From: a virus
Taxonomy: Duplodnaviria; Caudoviricetes
Direction: 5' to 3' (one strand)
Length of the DNA stretch: 64,000 nt
Virus record (IMG/VR): IMGVR_UViG_3300031170_000001
Span: 5,977 to 69,976 of that record
Shown: one piece after another, positions 54,543 to 64,000 of the stretch
How the letters are laid out: each line of letters opens with the position of its first letter
Numbering within the stretch: position 1 is the stretch's first letter
The notes under the pieces: model-generated
The model's database searches: none
The model's input: the letters and a program-made list of their open reading frames with translations, nothing else
Told to the model about the DNA's origin: nothing
Translations under genes and position numbers: made by a program

Positions 54543-56902
54543 TACTGAGTCCTGTCGCTTTCCTGTGGCACGTAGTGCCGCTCAGAACCGGGGACCCCGC
54601 TGTACGGCAATACCTTCGCCGTCCTGTTTATGCCGGTGTTCCAGTTGGCCTTGTTGCGCTGACTCTTGGACAGAATTTCTCGGATTGCCTCGACGGCATC
54701 CTGATTGCCGCGCTCACCTTTCATCGCCAGCAGCTTGGCCACGGCATTGGCTGTAGCCTTGGACGCCTCACCCCGGTCAGTGAGACGCCCCACCCAGTGA
54801 CGCCAAGTCGATGGCGCAGACGGATTGACCACCGTCGCCACGATGTCGGAAAGCACGCTGGGATCATCGAACTCCTTGCTCATCTCGCCGCGTCGTGCCG
54901 TTTGGCTGCCTGCCAGCGCGCGCGCCGCATTGCTGTGGCGCTCTTCCAACTGCATCATTTCCTTACGCATCTGGTCCCACTCGCCCATCTTGTCAGGCGG
55001 CACCAATGCCTTGTACTTCTCGGCCAGATTGGGCTTGTTCATTATGTCAGCCCAATTCGTCTGGAATTTGCTGGCGTCGCTGCCTACCAGCTTTTGATAC
55101 AACGCCCGCTGCCCGCCGATACGAAACATATCCTTGGCGGCATCCGAAATATTCGGATCGGCAAGGAATGCCTCGATATCCTGTTTGCCAATGCCCTGAT
55201 CCAGTTCATTGACACCCTTGCCGAACACATCTTCGCGGCCCTTGCGGAGGGCATCGATCAACTGCGATTCCTCGCCATACTTCCGCATTGCCTGCTTGTA
55301 TGGGTCACTGGAGTTCATGATCGCTTCGTTCAAGTCGTTGCGAATATCAAACGTGTTCTTGGTATTGAATTTGGGCTCAGTCTTGGCCAAAAGATCAAGC
55401 GACCGCTTGATGTCGTGAAGATGCTGGACATTGAGATCGATGATATTGCCATCGGCATCGAACGTGCCAATCTGACGAGGGCCGCCACGTTGCGTCTGCG
55501 CCCACGTTCTGGCTGTTCCAACCACGTCAGGATGCAATTGAGACGCACGCCGGTAAGCATCGAGAATTTCTGGCGACGTGACGTTCTGGGCGTAGGCGGG
55601 CTGAAATCCGGTCAAAGCCTCCTGCGCGCGATGCTTCAACATCTGGTCTTCGGTGCCACGGAAATTGGCGTCGCCCATCAGTCGCTTGAACCAATTGCTG
55701 ACAAGCCCGTGCTGCGACTCGTCGCGCGCAAGGTCTTCCGGCAAGGTCTTGTTGTACTGGCGACGGACAATATCCTTCGCCAGATTGGCAGTGTCTTCGC
55801 CGCCTTTGAGCGACACGGCTTCGGTCGTGCCGGGCAGCACATCGGCCATCATCACGTCCCGGCCCTTTTGCTGCGGCCCTATGGGACCCGGCACCGATAT
55901 CGCCGCGTTGGCGCGCTGCTCAGCCAGTGCCGTCTTTAGATCGTTGGCAGCCGCGTTGGCGAAGTCGGGATGTGTCGTGTCGATGGTGCCATTGGGGCGG
56001 CGCGGAACGGCATTAGGCAAGCCATAGGCATCGGAACGATCCGTCTGCAACCTCTTACGCAGATAATCGGCAACCGAATTGTTCTTGCTCAGCACGACGT
56101 TTTTGCCGTGTTCAAGCAGCTTGCCAACGCCTGTTGTAGCCAGCCCGGCCCCGGTGCCGAACAGGGCACCATAGCCCGCGTTTTCGAGACGATTTTCAAC
56201 TCCGCCTTCGCCACCGGCAAAGCCGCCCGCCGCGCCCAGTCCCGCGCCCGCAGCGGTGTTTTTGATCAACTGAGCCCACTTGGGACTGTTGGCGGCAAAC
56301 TCTGCGGCACGTCCCGCCATGGGCAGCTTGGAGGCTAGATTAGCCGCCATCAGCCCCCCACGGGTGCCCTGCAACAGTGCGCCAGCACCCATGGTCAGCG
56401 GAATAGTCGCCAGCGCGCCCGCACCCTGTAAGGCTATGCTTTCGAGATTGCCGTGCTTGTCGGCGTAGTCCTTGACGCCCTGCCGCTCAGCCGCCAGCGC
56501 CGTGTCGTAATCGGTGCCGCCCCAGCTTTGAGGAATGAGCGAGCGTATCTTGGCGACGCCTTCGTCGGCCAATGGAATGACGCCCTGTCCAAAGGTGCGA
56601 TAGAAATTCACGTCCCCCAAACGGCTGTTGACCGCCTCGCTGACACCGGGAATCGCCATCAACGGGCCAAGCGGCGTCGCGGCAGTGGCGATGCGGGCAA
56701 TCCTCGCCAGATTGCTCTTGGGAAGATAATTTGTTCCGTCGTCGGTAGATGATGCGGCGGGAGGAGCCGGTGTGGGTGACGCAGGGAGCTTATCTGGCGC
56801 GTTCTGCTTCATCCAGCTTTCGATGCGTCGATCTATGACCTTCTGATCGGTGTCATCGTCAAAGGTGAACTCTTGGCCATATCGGGTGACTTTTTTCGTC
56901 AT
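54542..56902 (-). CDS. Putative DNA ejection/internal virion protein
   Basis: 786 aa; helical with glycine-zipper segments; podoviral ejectosome position. Confidence 0.65.
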   Translation of the reverse strand: MTKKVTRYGQEFTFDDDTDQKVIDRRIESWMKQNAPDKLPASPTPAPPAASSTDDGTNYLPKSNLARIARIATAATPLGPLMAIPGVSEAVNSRLGDVNFYRTFGQGVIPLADEGVAKIRSLIPQSWGGTDYDTALAAERQGVKDYADKHGNLESIALQGAGALATIPLTMGAGALLQGTRGGLMAANLASKLPMAGRAAEFAANSPKWAQLIKNTAAGAGLGAAGGFAGGEGGVENRLENAGYGALFGTGAGLATTGVGKLLEHGKNVVLSKNNSVADYLRKRLQTDRSDAYGLPNAVPRRPNGTIDTTHPDFANAAANDLKTALAEQRANAAISVPGPIGPQQKGRDVMMADVLPGTTEAVSLKGGEDTANLAKDIVRRQYNKTLPEDLARDESQHGLVSNWFKRLMGDANFRGTEDQMLKHRAQEALTGFQPAYAQNVTSPEILDAYRRASQLHPDVVGTARTWAQTQRGGPRQIGTFDADGNIIDLNVQHLHDIKRSLDLLAKTEPKFNTKNTFDIRNDLNEAIMNSSDPYKQAMRKYGEESQLIDALRKGREDVFGKGVNELDQGIGKQDIEAFLADPNISDAAKDMFRIGGQRALYQKLVGSDASKFQTNWADIMNKPNLAEKYKALVPPDKMGEWDQMRKEMMQLEERHSNAARALAGSQTARRGEMSKEFDDPSVLSDIVATVVNPSAPSTWRHWVGRLTDRGEASKATANAVAKLLAMKGERGNQDAVEAIREILSKSQRNKANWNTGINRTAKVLPYSGVPGSERHYVPQESDRTQ

Positions 56903-56905
56903 GGT

Positions 56906-58474
56906 CTAATCCCATTCCGGACCAAGATGAACGGCTCCACCGCCCTTGTACTGGCCGCCTTCGGCATGGGCTGGTGCAGCATCACCGTGTTTCTTCTTCA
57001 TGTATTCTTGCCATGAGATGCGTGCCGGGTTGGGCACCACCATGCCGTTATCGGTGAAGCCTGCGCGTCCTTCATCCGAACGGGCATACTCGGCCCACGC
57101 ATCATCGGCACCCATAGTCGTCTTGTAGTGACTGAAGTAGGTATTGATGAATTTGCGCTTCTCGATCTGGTCTTTCAAAATCTGGCTACGAACAGCCAAT
57201 AGATTCCTGTTGGCGTCTTCCAAGCCACCAATCCGGGGCACGGCTTTCTCAAACAACTCGCGCTCAAAGTTGGAGATAGCGCCCTGTCCCTGCGGCACAC
57301 CATGAATCTGGTTCTTGGTGAAGATGGCTTCGATTTCGTCGTGCGCCGCTTGCGGATAACGCGCATGGGGGAAGACCCCCGCCGTACGACCAGTGATGCC
57401 GGGGTATTTCTTCATAATCTCGGTAGCCCGCTCGATGCCGCGAAGCTCTGCAAGGTTCTTGTCCTGCTCGACTTGATTGTCCTTGGTTTCCTTCTCGTAG
57501 TTGGCCCGCTCTATCTTGTAGGCAGCCATCGCGTCGGTCGGGCTGGTAAGGCCGTCGTAGGTGTAGCCGGTCGGCTTGGGAGGCAACCCCAGCGACTTGG
57601 CCTTGTCGATATCTTCCGGCTTGTCGCCCGGCACCTTGAAACCGCCCTTGGGCGCGGAATCAAAGATGGCGCGATTTTGCTCGACAAACTTCTTGATGCT
57701 TTCCTCGGGCACCTTGAGCGAACGCGCAGTCCCTTCATAGAAGCTGAGAAGTGCCGCCTGTCTTGCTTCCGGTGTCGCAAAGTGGCCTTCACCCATAACC
57801 TTGATTTGAGCCAAGGCCCTTTCCATGGCGTGATTGTTGGCCTTTTCTTCCAGCGCCGCCGCGTTGTCCGCCGCCTTCTGCCCAACCTTGTCGGTCTGTC
57901 CCACCGTCTTGATAAGGCCCGATTCGATGGCGCGAATGGTCGATTCGTCGCCCACTTGCAGTGCGCGCAGATAGGCCAGCTTGTCCTGTAGCGGGGCCTG
58001 TTCGATGCCTGCCCGCTTCATCGCCATCGTCGCCAGCTTGTACTGATAGTCTTCCTCGTCGCTGCGGTCCTTCTGGATCGCCGGAACCATCTGTTTGATG
58101 CCCGCACCAAGCTGCGAACCAAAATCCCCGGTTCCGCTCAACATGCCCGCACCCAGCGCCATCAACGGCAGATTGGAACGGCCTTCACGGCTGCGCTTCA
58201 ACGACGCCGTAGTGTCGTCCAACAGCTTGCTCATCGTATCGACGGTTAGCTGCTGCTTGCTGAAGACGTTATCGACTTCCTTGGTGCGGTTGGCCATCGA
58301 CGCTTCATGCTTGGCCAGAAACTCCAATCCCATGGCCTTTGCGGCTTCGGGATTGGTCATCGGCGCTTCGATCACGGGCGGCGCAGGCGCAGGCGCTACC
58401 GCAGGCGCAACGGTCCCACCATCGTCATAGCCCGGCGGGGGATTGCCGAAGGGAGAGGGACCGTTGCCAGCCAT
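56906..58474 (-). CDS. Putative DNA ejection/internal virion protein
   Basis: 522 aa coiled coil; GAISNFERELF motif; YDDGG and AEGG motifs near the ends. Confidence 0.65.
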   Translation of the reverse strand: MAGNGPSPFGNPPPGYDDGGTVAPAVAPAPAPPVIEAPMTNPEAAKAMGLEFLAKHEASMANRTKEVDNVFSKQQLTVDTMSKLLDDTTASLKRSREGRSNLPLMALGAGMLSGTGDFGSQLGAGIKQMVPAIQKDRSDEEDYQYKLATMAMKRAGIEQAPLQDKLAYLRALQVGDESTIRAIESGLIKTVGQTDKVGQKAADNAAALEEKANNHAMERALAQIKVMGEGHFATPEARQAALLSFYEGTARSLKVPEESIKKFVEQNRAIFDSAPKGGFKVPGDKPEDIDKAKSLGLPPKPTGYTYDGLTSPTDAMAAYKIERANYEKETKDNQVEQDKNLAELRGIERATEIMKKYPGITGRTAGVFPHARYPQAAHDEIEAIFTKNQIHGVPQGQGAISNFERELFEKAVPRIGGLEDANRNLLAVRSQILKDQIEKRKFINTYFSHYKTTMGADDAWAEYARSDEGRAGFTDNGMVVPNPARISWQEYMKKKHGDAAPAHAEGGQYKGGGAVHLGPEWD

Positions 58475-61400
58475 CAGCGCCCGCCCCCGCTGTAAGGCAT
58501 ATTCGTCGCCATCGAAACCGTATTGAACGCATCACCCAGATAAGGGAAAAGACTTTCTATCCGGCGAGCGTGTTGGGCTGCTCTAATCAATTTATCGGCG
58601 CTGCCAACGCCTATGGCGTTGGTGAGCCAGTTACCGGCCTGTCGGGCCTTTTCCCCGCCGCCCGTCTGTGGCGCACCAAAGAAATTGTCCACCCCGGTAC
58701 GGATGCCTTCCATGGTCGGAAGCCAAGACTTGCCGCCTATGTCCAAGCCCTCGCGCGCGGCGTTAAGCGCGCTGCCGGGAAGTCCCGCAACCTGCGCCAT
58801 GTCGGCAATGCCATGAAGGCCCTGCCAACCCATGTCCTTCCAGTAACGCGGCAAGTCAGCCCGCGCCTCCTGTTCGTATCCCTCAAGCCGCGAGTTGTTT
58901 TCTGCCAAACGCTGTTGCCGCAAGGCATGGCGGTCCGCCGGACTCCGCGAGAAAGGCCCCGGATTAAGCCGCTTGTCGAGGCCCACACTGGAATCGAGGA
59001 ACGGGCTATCCATGTCCCGCATCCAAGAATCGTAATCGGGGTCAAGGGTTTCACCGCCTTGGTAATAGCCCGGTATCGACCCGCCACGCGCCCGTCGCAG
59101 GGCTTCGTGATAGTTCACCGTCTTGTAGCCCTGTTCGTTGTGGCCCACGGCATGCGGGCGCTTGCGCTCCACGTCCTGTGCGCTCAAGCCCCTCATGCGG
59201 AAGGGCGAGTTCTTGTAGTTGTAATCGATGACCTTCAGGCCGTTGTGGGTGGTGCCCACACGTTCGATGTTCTCTTTCGCCCGCTCGTCAGACAGGAAGG
59301 GGAGGACTGACGAGGCGATGCTGGCAACGGGGCCTAGTATGCTGCCGATACCGCCTCCGCCCCCTCCGCCCCCACCACCACCGCCTCCCAGAAGGCCGCC
59401 AAGGCCGCCCATCAGGCCGCCAAGGCCGCCACCGCCGCCTCCACCGCCCGAAGGCGCGGCTGCTGGTGCCGCTTGGGGCAATGGTCCGAAGTTGCCATAT
59501 GTCGCTTGGCTGGGAGCTACAGGGCCTATTTTAAGTTCATCACCAAACGGTCCATCCGGAGAATCTTCATCTAAGGCCGAGCCACCTTGAGCGTAGCCCA
59601 CGGGACCTCCGTGCGCGAACGTGATGCCCGTTCCGGCAACGTCGCCCCATCCTGAGCCCATCATGTCGAAGTAATTGCCGCCCGGCTGAAAATCTGCGGG
59701 CATGTAGGCATTGTCCGCACCACTTCCCACCGCAGCGGTTGGCGTGATGCCAAGCATCTCGTCGGTCGGGTTTCCAGATTCGCTACCACCGAACAGGCCC
59801 ATGATGCCCTTCGCCAACTTGCCCAAGTCCTTGTTGTTGACGGCATTGCTGGTGCCGCTGGAGCCTGATCCACTCCCGCTGCCCCTTTCAGATGTGGGCA
59901 GAGGCCCGAAACGACCGTACTCGGCGTGGGCTGGGCCTATTTGGCCCATCTTGAGCAGCGTGCCGAAGGGGCCACTGGGAGCGTCTTCGTCCAAGGCCGC
60001 GCGATCAGTTTCCTTCGGCGGAGCAGCCTGTCCACCCGCTGCAAGATTGATAAAGGTCAGCGGCGTGCCTTCGGTAACATCATTCCACGCTTCGCCGGGA
60101 TGACCTTCGATAAGTGCGCCGATACCGGCACCCGCGCGGCCCAAGCCTTCGGCCCATACATCACCAAAGCCGGGGGTGATGATGTTGCCGAGAACATCGC
60201 CAACAAGACGCCCGCCCTTATTGCCAATCTGCTCACCTTGGCCGTACTTCTCGCGTCCGCTGCTGCCGTCGAAGCCTTCCCAGATGTTGGCCACCGGATC
60301 GAGCGGCGTCTCAGGCGAATCCTTCTCGCCCTGATAATTGAAGATGCTGTCGCCTGTGCCATAGAGGTCTTTGGCAATGCTGAGCCACGGCATGCCAGTG
60401 CCGCCGCCCACGTCGCCGCCGCCCAGATAACCCGGCACGCCACCACCATCGGCAAAGTCCAACTTGCCGCGAATGCCCGCGCCCCAGTTGGGCTTCGCCT
60501 GCGCTCCATCAGGACCAACATCCTTGCTGAAATGCCCTTGGACACCGAGACGTAAATTCGGGGAAACCTGATGCTCGTATCCGCCTTCGGCAGAAAACAT
60601 CCTGTCGCGCGGATCGTAGAAGGCCCCACCCGACAGGCGACCCTTGCCAATATCAACCCCGGCATTCCACGGCGATACGCCCTGCGGATTGATGAGATGG
60701 GTCCGGCCACCTTCATCGTAACCCGGCACGCCACCGCCACGGGCCAGCCGCAGCTTGGTCAATTCGCCGGTCGTCGCCTTGTGCATCTGTCGTTCATGCT
60801 GATGCACTCCGCGCTCAATCATTGAGCGGTCCTGAGCCTCGTCGTTGTTAAACGGACCACCATGAAACACGCCACCCTTGGCAAACCGGCGATTGGCCGG
60901 ATGCGGCATCGGCGGGGGCGGCTGCGGCATCGGATTAAGGGCCGCCGCCGTAGGGGGAGACGGCGGCGGCATTCCCGGCATGCCTGTGGGCTGCATGCCT
61001 CCCATCCCGCCCATAGGGCCGGGCTGGGGTGGTGCCCTCATGGCGTTGCGCTTACGGACGCCGGTCACAGTCGGAACGTAGCCGCCCGCGTTGAAGTAGT
61101 TAATCTGGCCGCCGCGTGCGGAGTTTTGGGTTTGGTTGTTGTTGTTCTTTTCTTCCTCGCCGCCGCCCATCGCGCCCGCAAGGGCTGCACCCGCACCGAC
61201 AATCTGACCGAACGGTGAACCACCCGCCTGCGTGGATGAGCCTCCTACCTGCGTGTTGCTGCTGGTCTGATTGTTGAAGTTGCTGGTGGTCGGAAGCTGC
61301 CAGCCTTGAGCCAAGGACTGCTGCATCTGCAAGCCTTGCAGCGGCAGGGACTTCTTCTGCTGTTCAAGCCCCTGCTGCTGATTGCCCACGCTCAGCAAGG

Positions 61401-62640
61401 CATTGGCGTCGGTATAGCCCGCGTTCTGGCGGTCCAGACCCATCTTCTCCTGCGCCTGCGCGGCGCTGATGTTGGCCGCCGTCGCCTGCGTGCCGATATC
61501 GGCCGTCGTCTTGCCAAAACCGGCGCGGGTCTGGGCGTCCTGAATGGCTGTCTGTGCAGCTTGCGGAGCAAGGCCCGCTATTCTGTTCTGATCAGCGGTT
61601 GCCGCCGTCAGCCCGCTCTGCCAGCCCTGATTGGCCATCTGGGCTAGCTGCTGATTGAGCGAGTTTTGCTGGTTGTAGACGGCATTGCCCACGGCATCGC
61701 CATGCCGCTCACGGCCAAACTGGGCCGCCGCTCCACCCGTAAACTGATCGTTGATACGCTCCAGCGTACCACCCGGTGCTTGGAATGCCGTATTGCTGGC
61801 ATCGGCCACAGCACCCATCGCGTCCTTCTGGAACGGGCTCATGTAATTGCCAACCGTGGTATTCGCACCTTGGCTGGCTTGCTGAGCGAACGGATTGAAG
61901 GCTTCGGTGCCGGTCTGCATGGCGGCAGCCTGATTGACGAAAGGCTGTGCGCTGCCCTGAATGCCCGCCGCCGTACCCTGCGCCGTGTTCAGTCCATTCT
62001 GAGCGGCGTTGAAGTTGCCCTGATAGACGCCTTGATTGTTGCGGACACCTTGGAAGGCGTTTGTCTGATCGGCGTTGAAGTCCGCGATGTACTTGCTGGG
62101 ATCGCTGAAATCCAGATTGGTGGCGGCATTCAGCACGTTGCCACGCAACGTGTTGTACGCCGGATCGGTAATCTGGTTGTTGGTCGTGCCTGAGCTAGAG
62201 CCCTGTGAACTGGTGGTCTGCGACTGCGTAGCCGGGGTGCCGCCGAACAGGCTGCCCAAGAAAAAGCCGGGAAGATTGCTGCCTTTCTTGAAGGTGCCGC
62301 CCTTCTTGTAGTTGGGCACGTTAGGCGTACCTGCACTCTGCCGCCGGTCCTTGTAGACGTTTTCAAGCCGCTCACGCGCGTCGTTGCGCTTGATCACCGC
62401 ATCAAGCAATCCCTCATGGCGGGCACGCTTGCCCTCTGGGCTGTAGTACGTGAAGGGCGATGGAGGAGCCTTCGGGACCGCAGGCACCGCTTTGACGAGC
62501 GGATCAACCTCGCCGCCCGTGTCGTACTTGCCGCCGCGCTTGAACGCCTTGCGTGGCTTACGAATGCCGCCCATGGCCCCGAACGGACCAGCCGAAGGCC
62601 CCACCGAAGCGGGGCTGAGCAGAGGGAATTTCTTGGCCAT
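58474..62640 (-). CDS. Modular ejection/pilot protein with S74-like domain and about 16 xxxGG motifs
   Basis: 1388 aa; Q/A-rich pilot-like region, glycine zippers, LSDERAKENI...GLSAQDVE...VNY. Confidence 0.7.
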   Translation of the reverse strand: MAKKFPLLSPASVGPSAGPFGAMGGIRKPRKAFKRGGKYDTGGEVDPLVKAVPAVPKAPPSPFTYYSPEGKRARHEGLLDAVIKRNDARERLENVYKDRRQSAGTPNVPNYKKGGTFKKGSNLPGFFLGSLFGGTPATQSQTTSSQGSSSGTTNNQITDPAYNTLRGNVLNAATNLDFSDPSKYIADFNADQTNAFQGVRNNQGVYQGNFNAAQNGLNTAQGTAAGIQGSAQPFVNQAAAMQTGTEAFNPFAQQASQGANTTVGNYMSPFQKDAMGAVADASNTAFQAPGGTLERINDQFTGGAAAQFGRERHGDAVGNAVYNQQNSLNQQLAQMANQGWQSGLTAATADQNRIAGLAPQAAQTAIQDAQTRAGFGKTTADIGTQATAANISAAQAQEKMGLDRQNAGYTDANALLSVGNQQQGLEQQKKSLPLQGLQMQQSLAQGWQLPTTSNFNNQTSSNTQVGGSSTQAGGSPFGQIVGAGAALAGAMGGGEEEKNNNNQTQNSARGGQINYFNAGGYVPTVTGVRKRNAMRAPPQPGPMGGMGGMQPTGMPGMPPPSPPTAAALNPMPQPPPPMPHPANRRFAKGGVFHGGPFNNDEAQDRSMIERGVHQHERQMHKATTGELTKLRLARGGGVPGYDEGGRTHLINPQGVSPWNAGVDIGKGRLSGGAFYDPRDRMFSAEGGYEHQVSPNLRLGVQGHFSKDVGPDGAQAKPNWGAGIRGKLDFADGGGVPGYLGGGDVGGGTGMPWLSIAKDLYGTGDSIFNYQGEKDSPETPLDPVANIWEGFDGSSGREKYGQGEQIGNKGGRLVGDVLGNIITPGFGDVWAEGLGRAGAGIGALIEGHPGEAWNDVTEGTPLTFINLAAGGQAAPPKETDRAALDEDAPSGPFGTLLKMGQIGPAHAEYGRFGPLPTSERGSGSGSGSSGTSNAVNNKDLGKLAKGIMGLFGGSESGNPTDEMLGITPTAAVGSGADNAYMPADFQPGGNYFDMMGSGWGDVAGTGITFAHGGPVGYAQGGSALDEDSPDGPFGDELKIGPVAPSQATYGNFGPLPQAAPAAAPSGGGGGGGGLGGLMGGLGGLLGGGGGGGGGGGGGIGSILGPVASIASSVLPFLSDERAKENIERVGTTHNGLKVIDYNYKNSPFRMRGLSAQDVERKRPHAVGHNEQGYKTVNYHEALRRARGGSIPGYYQGGETLDPDYDSWMRDMDSPFLDSSVGLDKRLNPGPFSRSPADRHALRQQRLAENNSRLEGYEQEARADLPRYWKDMGWQGLHGIADMAQVAGLPGSALNAAREGLDIGGKSWLPTMEGIRTGVDNFFGAPQTGGGEKARQAGNWLTNAIGVGSADKLIRAAQHARRIESLFPYLGDAFNTVSMATNMPYSGGGR

Positions 62641-63851
62641 CAGCCCTTATCCTTTCCCCGGCGACGCAAGCCGTCGCCCATCGGATTGCCGACAAGGTAT
62701 TCCTGTGCCGATTTGGCAGGCGGCGAGAACTTGCCTCTCGTCAACGCCTTGCCTTTGTGCTTGCGAAGATTGGCGCGCATCTCGTCCATTTTCTTGGCAC
62801 CATGATCGGGATTGCCGTCGCCCAGCAACGCCATCGACTCGGCGTCCATGACATATTCCTTGGGGCTCAATCGGGCGTTCACGTCGTCGGCCCGGCCGCT
62901 GGTGCCGCCGTACTCGTTGCCCACGAAATTCTCGCCACCGCTGTCGAAGGTGTGGCGCACCGGCATCTTGGCCGAACCGTAAAGCTCCGGATATCCCCCA
63001 CGCATCAAGGGAATCGGTCCACCATCGGCTTTGTTGAAAGGCGACTTGGAAGTGTTAGGTCCGGCTGTTTTCGGCTGCACGTTTGTCACCCGGCCCTTGG
63101 CCGCCACCCGCTCAGCCCACGTTGGATCGCGCGCCGGATTTTGGCTGAACAGATTTACGTCGGGCGGGTACAGCGTGGACATATCGACCGAAGGGGGCGG
63201 CGGCGGCGGCCACTGTGGCGCAACGGCATTGTCCTCGCCCGGCATCGGTCCGAATGGTGTCTGGGACACCTGTGCTGATGGCGGCGGCCATTGCGGAGCC
63301 GTTGCCCTGTCTTCACCGGGCATCGCACCGACACCCGGTCCACTACCGGGAACCGGAAACATGCTCATCGGATTGGGCAGCGTGCTGGGATCGGGCAGCG
63401 GTCCAATCATCTTGTTGATCTTGTTATTCAGCGCGGCGGCACTGGAAATCTTGGTAACGGGCTTTGAGGCGGGCTTGGGCGGTCCGTACTGCACGTTGCC
63501 GAAGGGCGTGGGGGAATTTTCCAGCGACCGGAACCACGCATCCACGGCCGGATTTTTGCGGTCGTAGGGATCGGTTACACGCGGGTTCTTGCTGCCACCC
63601 GGCCGATACGGATCGCTTTCAAACTGGCGGCCAATCCAATCGACCACGCGCGAGCCAGCGGACGGACCGGGACGGCTGGCAGCCTTGTCGCTGCCGAACT
63701 GGCGACCAATCCAGTCCAAGACGCGCTGAAGGGCATCGGGCTCATAGCCCCGTGCCTGATTGGCCTGTTGTCGGGCAGCGTCGCGAGATTGCGTGAGATT
63801 CGAGCTACCGGGCGGGTTAGCCCTATCATACGGCGATACGGGCGGCGGCAT
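62640..63851 (-). CDS. Pro-rich virion-region protein with conserved C-terminal GxSDxxxAxLSxxEYV-type domain
   Basis: GGTSGRADDVNARLSPKEYVMDAESMALLGDGNPDHGAKKMDEMR. Confidence 0.7.
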   Translation of the reverse strand: MPPPVSPYDRANPPGSSNLTQSRDAARQQANQARGYEPDALQRVLDWIGRQFGSDKAASRPGPSAGSRVVDWIGRQFESDPYRPGGSKNPRVTDPYDRKNPAVDAWFRSLENSPTPFGNVQYGPPKPASKPVTKISSAAALNNKINKMIGPLPDPSTLPNPMSMFPVPGSGPGVGAMPGEDRATAPQWPPPSAQVSQTPFGPMPGEDNAVAPQWPPPPPPSVDMSTLYPPDVNLFSQNPARDPTWAERVAAKGRVTNVQPKTAGPNTSKSPFNKADGGPIPLMRGGYPELYGSAKMPVRHTFDSGGENFVGNEYGGTSGRADDVNARLSPKEYVMDAESMALLGDGNPDHGAKKMDEMRANLRKHKGKALTRGKFSPPAKSAQEYLVGNPMGDGLRRRGKDKG

Positions 63852-64000
63852 GGGCAGACTCGCTTTGAGGTGTTACCTCACCAAGCCACTGTGCGCCGCA
63901 GGGCCTTTTAGGGCGCGGTATCATACAACGCCCATATCTGGCCCTACAATCAATTTGCGTCCCTACTCCTTGTTCCTGATGCCCAGTTTCGAGATGGCAT

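Noticed and set aside
59340-59460. Poly-Gly run and GC-rich microrepeats
   Set aside because: Simple coding low complexity in a linker
1-64000. Long opposite-strand ORFs in the track (e.g. 8368..9609+, 11163..12275+, 54398..55939+, 22450..23322-, 58339..59310+)
   Set aside because: They overlap well-supported genes on the other strand, have no recognisable motifs, and are expected shadows in GC-rich coding DNA
1-64000. Genome-wide TAG reassignment (code 15)
   Set aside because: Only one internal TAG was found; several genes end in TAG with tight downstream coupling; no suppressor tRNA was seen
1-64000. tRNA, rRNA, integrase/att site, transposase
   Set aside because: No cloverleaf or T-loop signatures, and no recombinase or transposase motifs recognised by eye

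Overview
The whole window reads as most of one tailed dsDNA phage genome (Caudoviricetes, podovirus-like, about 62% GC by eye). A GAAC-N7-GAAC LexA box suggests an alphaproteobacterial host. Minus strand 1-19.8 kb is the head/packaging module: adaptor, major capsid, decoration, scaffold, GroES-like protein, portal, large terminase, MTase, small accessory genes and a putative small terminase. A plus-strand lysis pair is inserted in it. The 18.5-22 kb region is repeat- and hairpin-rich and may hold the genome terminus or origin. The 20-26.5 kb region holds early genes (DUF6011-type, amidoligase, gamma-glutamylcyclotransferase) with a distinct word composition. Plus strand 26.6-41 kb is replication: HNH, primase, VapE helicase, SSB, beta-clamp-like, PolA, DGQHR/ParB-like, TetR-like and an SNF2 helicase with an in-frame TAG. 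Minus strand 43-64 kb holds three tail fibres and the ejection/internal virion proteins. No integrase, tRNA, rRNA or CRISPR array was seen. Main observations: (1) a recurrent A-x-G-G linear motif delimits modules in eight virion-region proteins, one of which carries a JAMM/JAB-like peptidase motif next to DUF3626 (ART-like) and HhH-glycosylase-like modules; (2) a 12-bp motif CCGMYAAAATAR occurs at 10 sites, almost all in intergenic or promoter regions; (3) a LexA-boxed promoter lies upstream of the amidoligase-GGCT genes; (4) an Acb2/Tad1-like gene; (5) an amber-interrupted helicase; (6) a pseudoknotted leader on the capsid operon. All family assignments come from motif recognition by eye, not from database searches.
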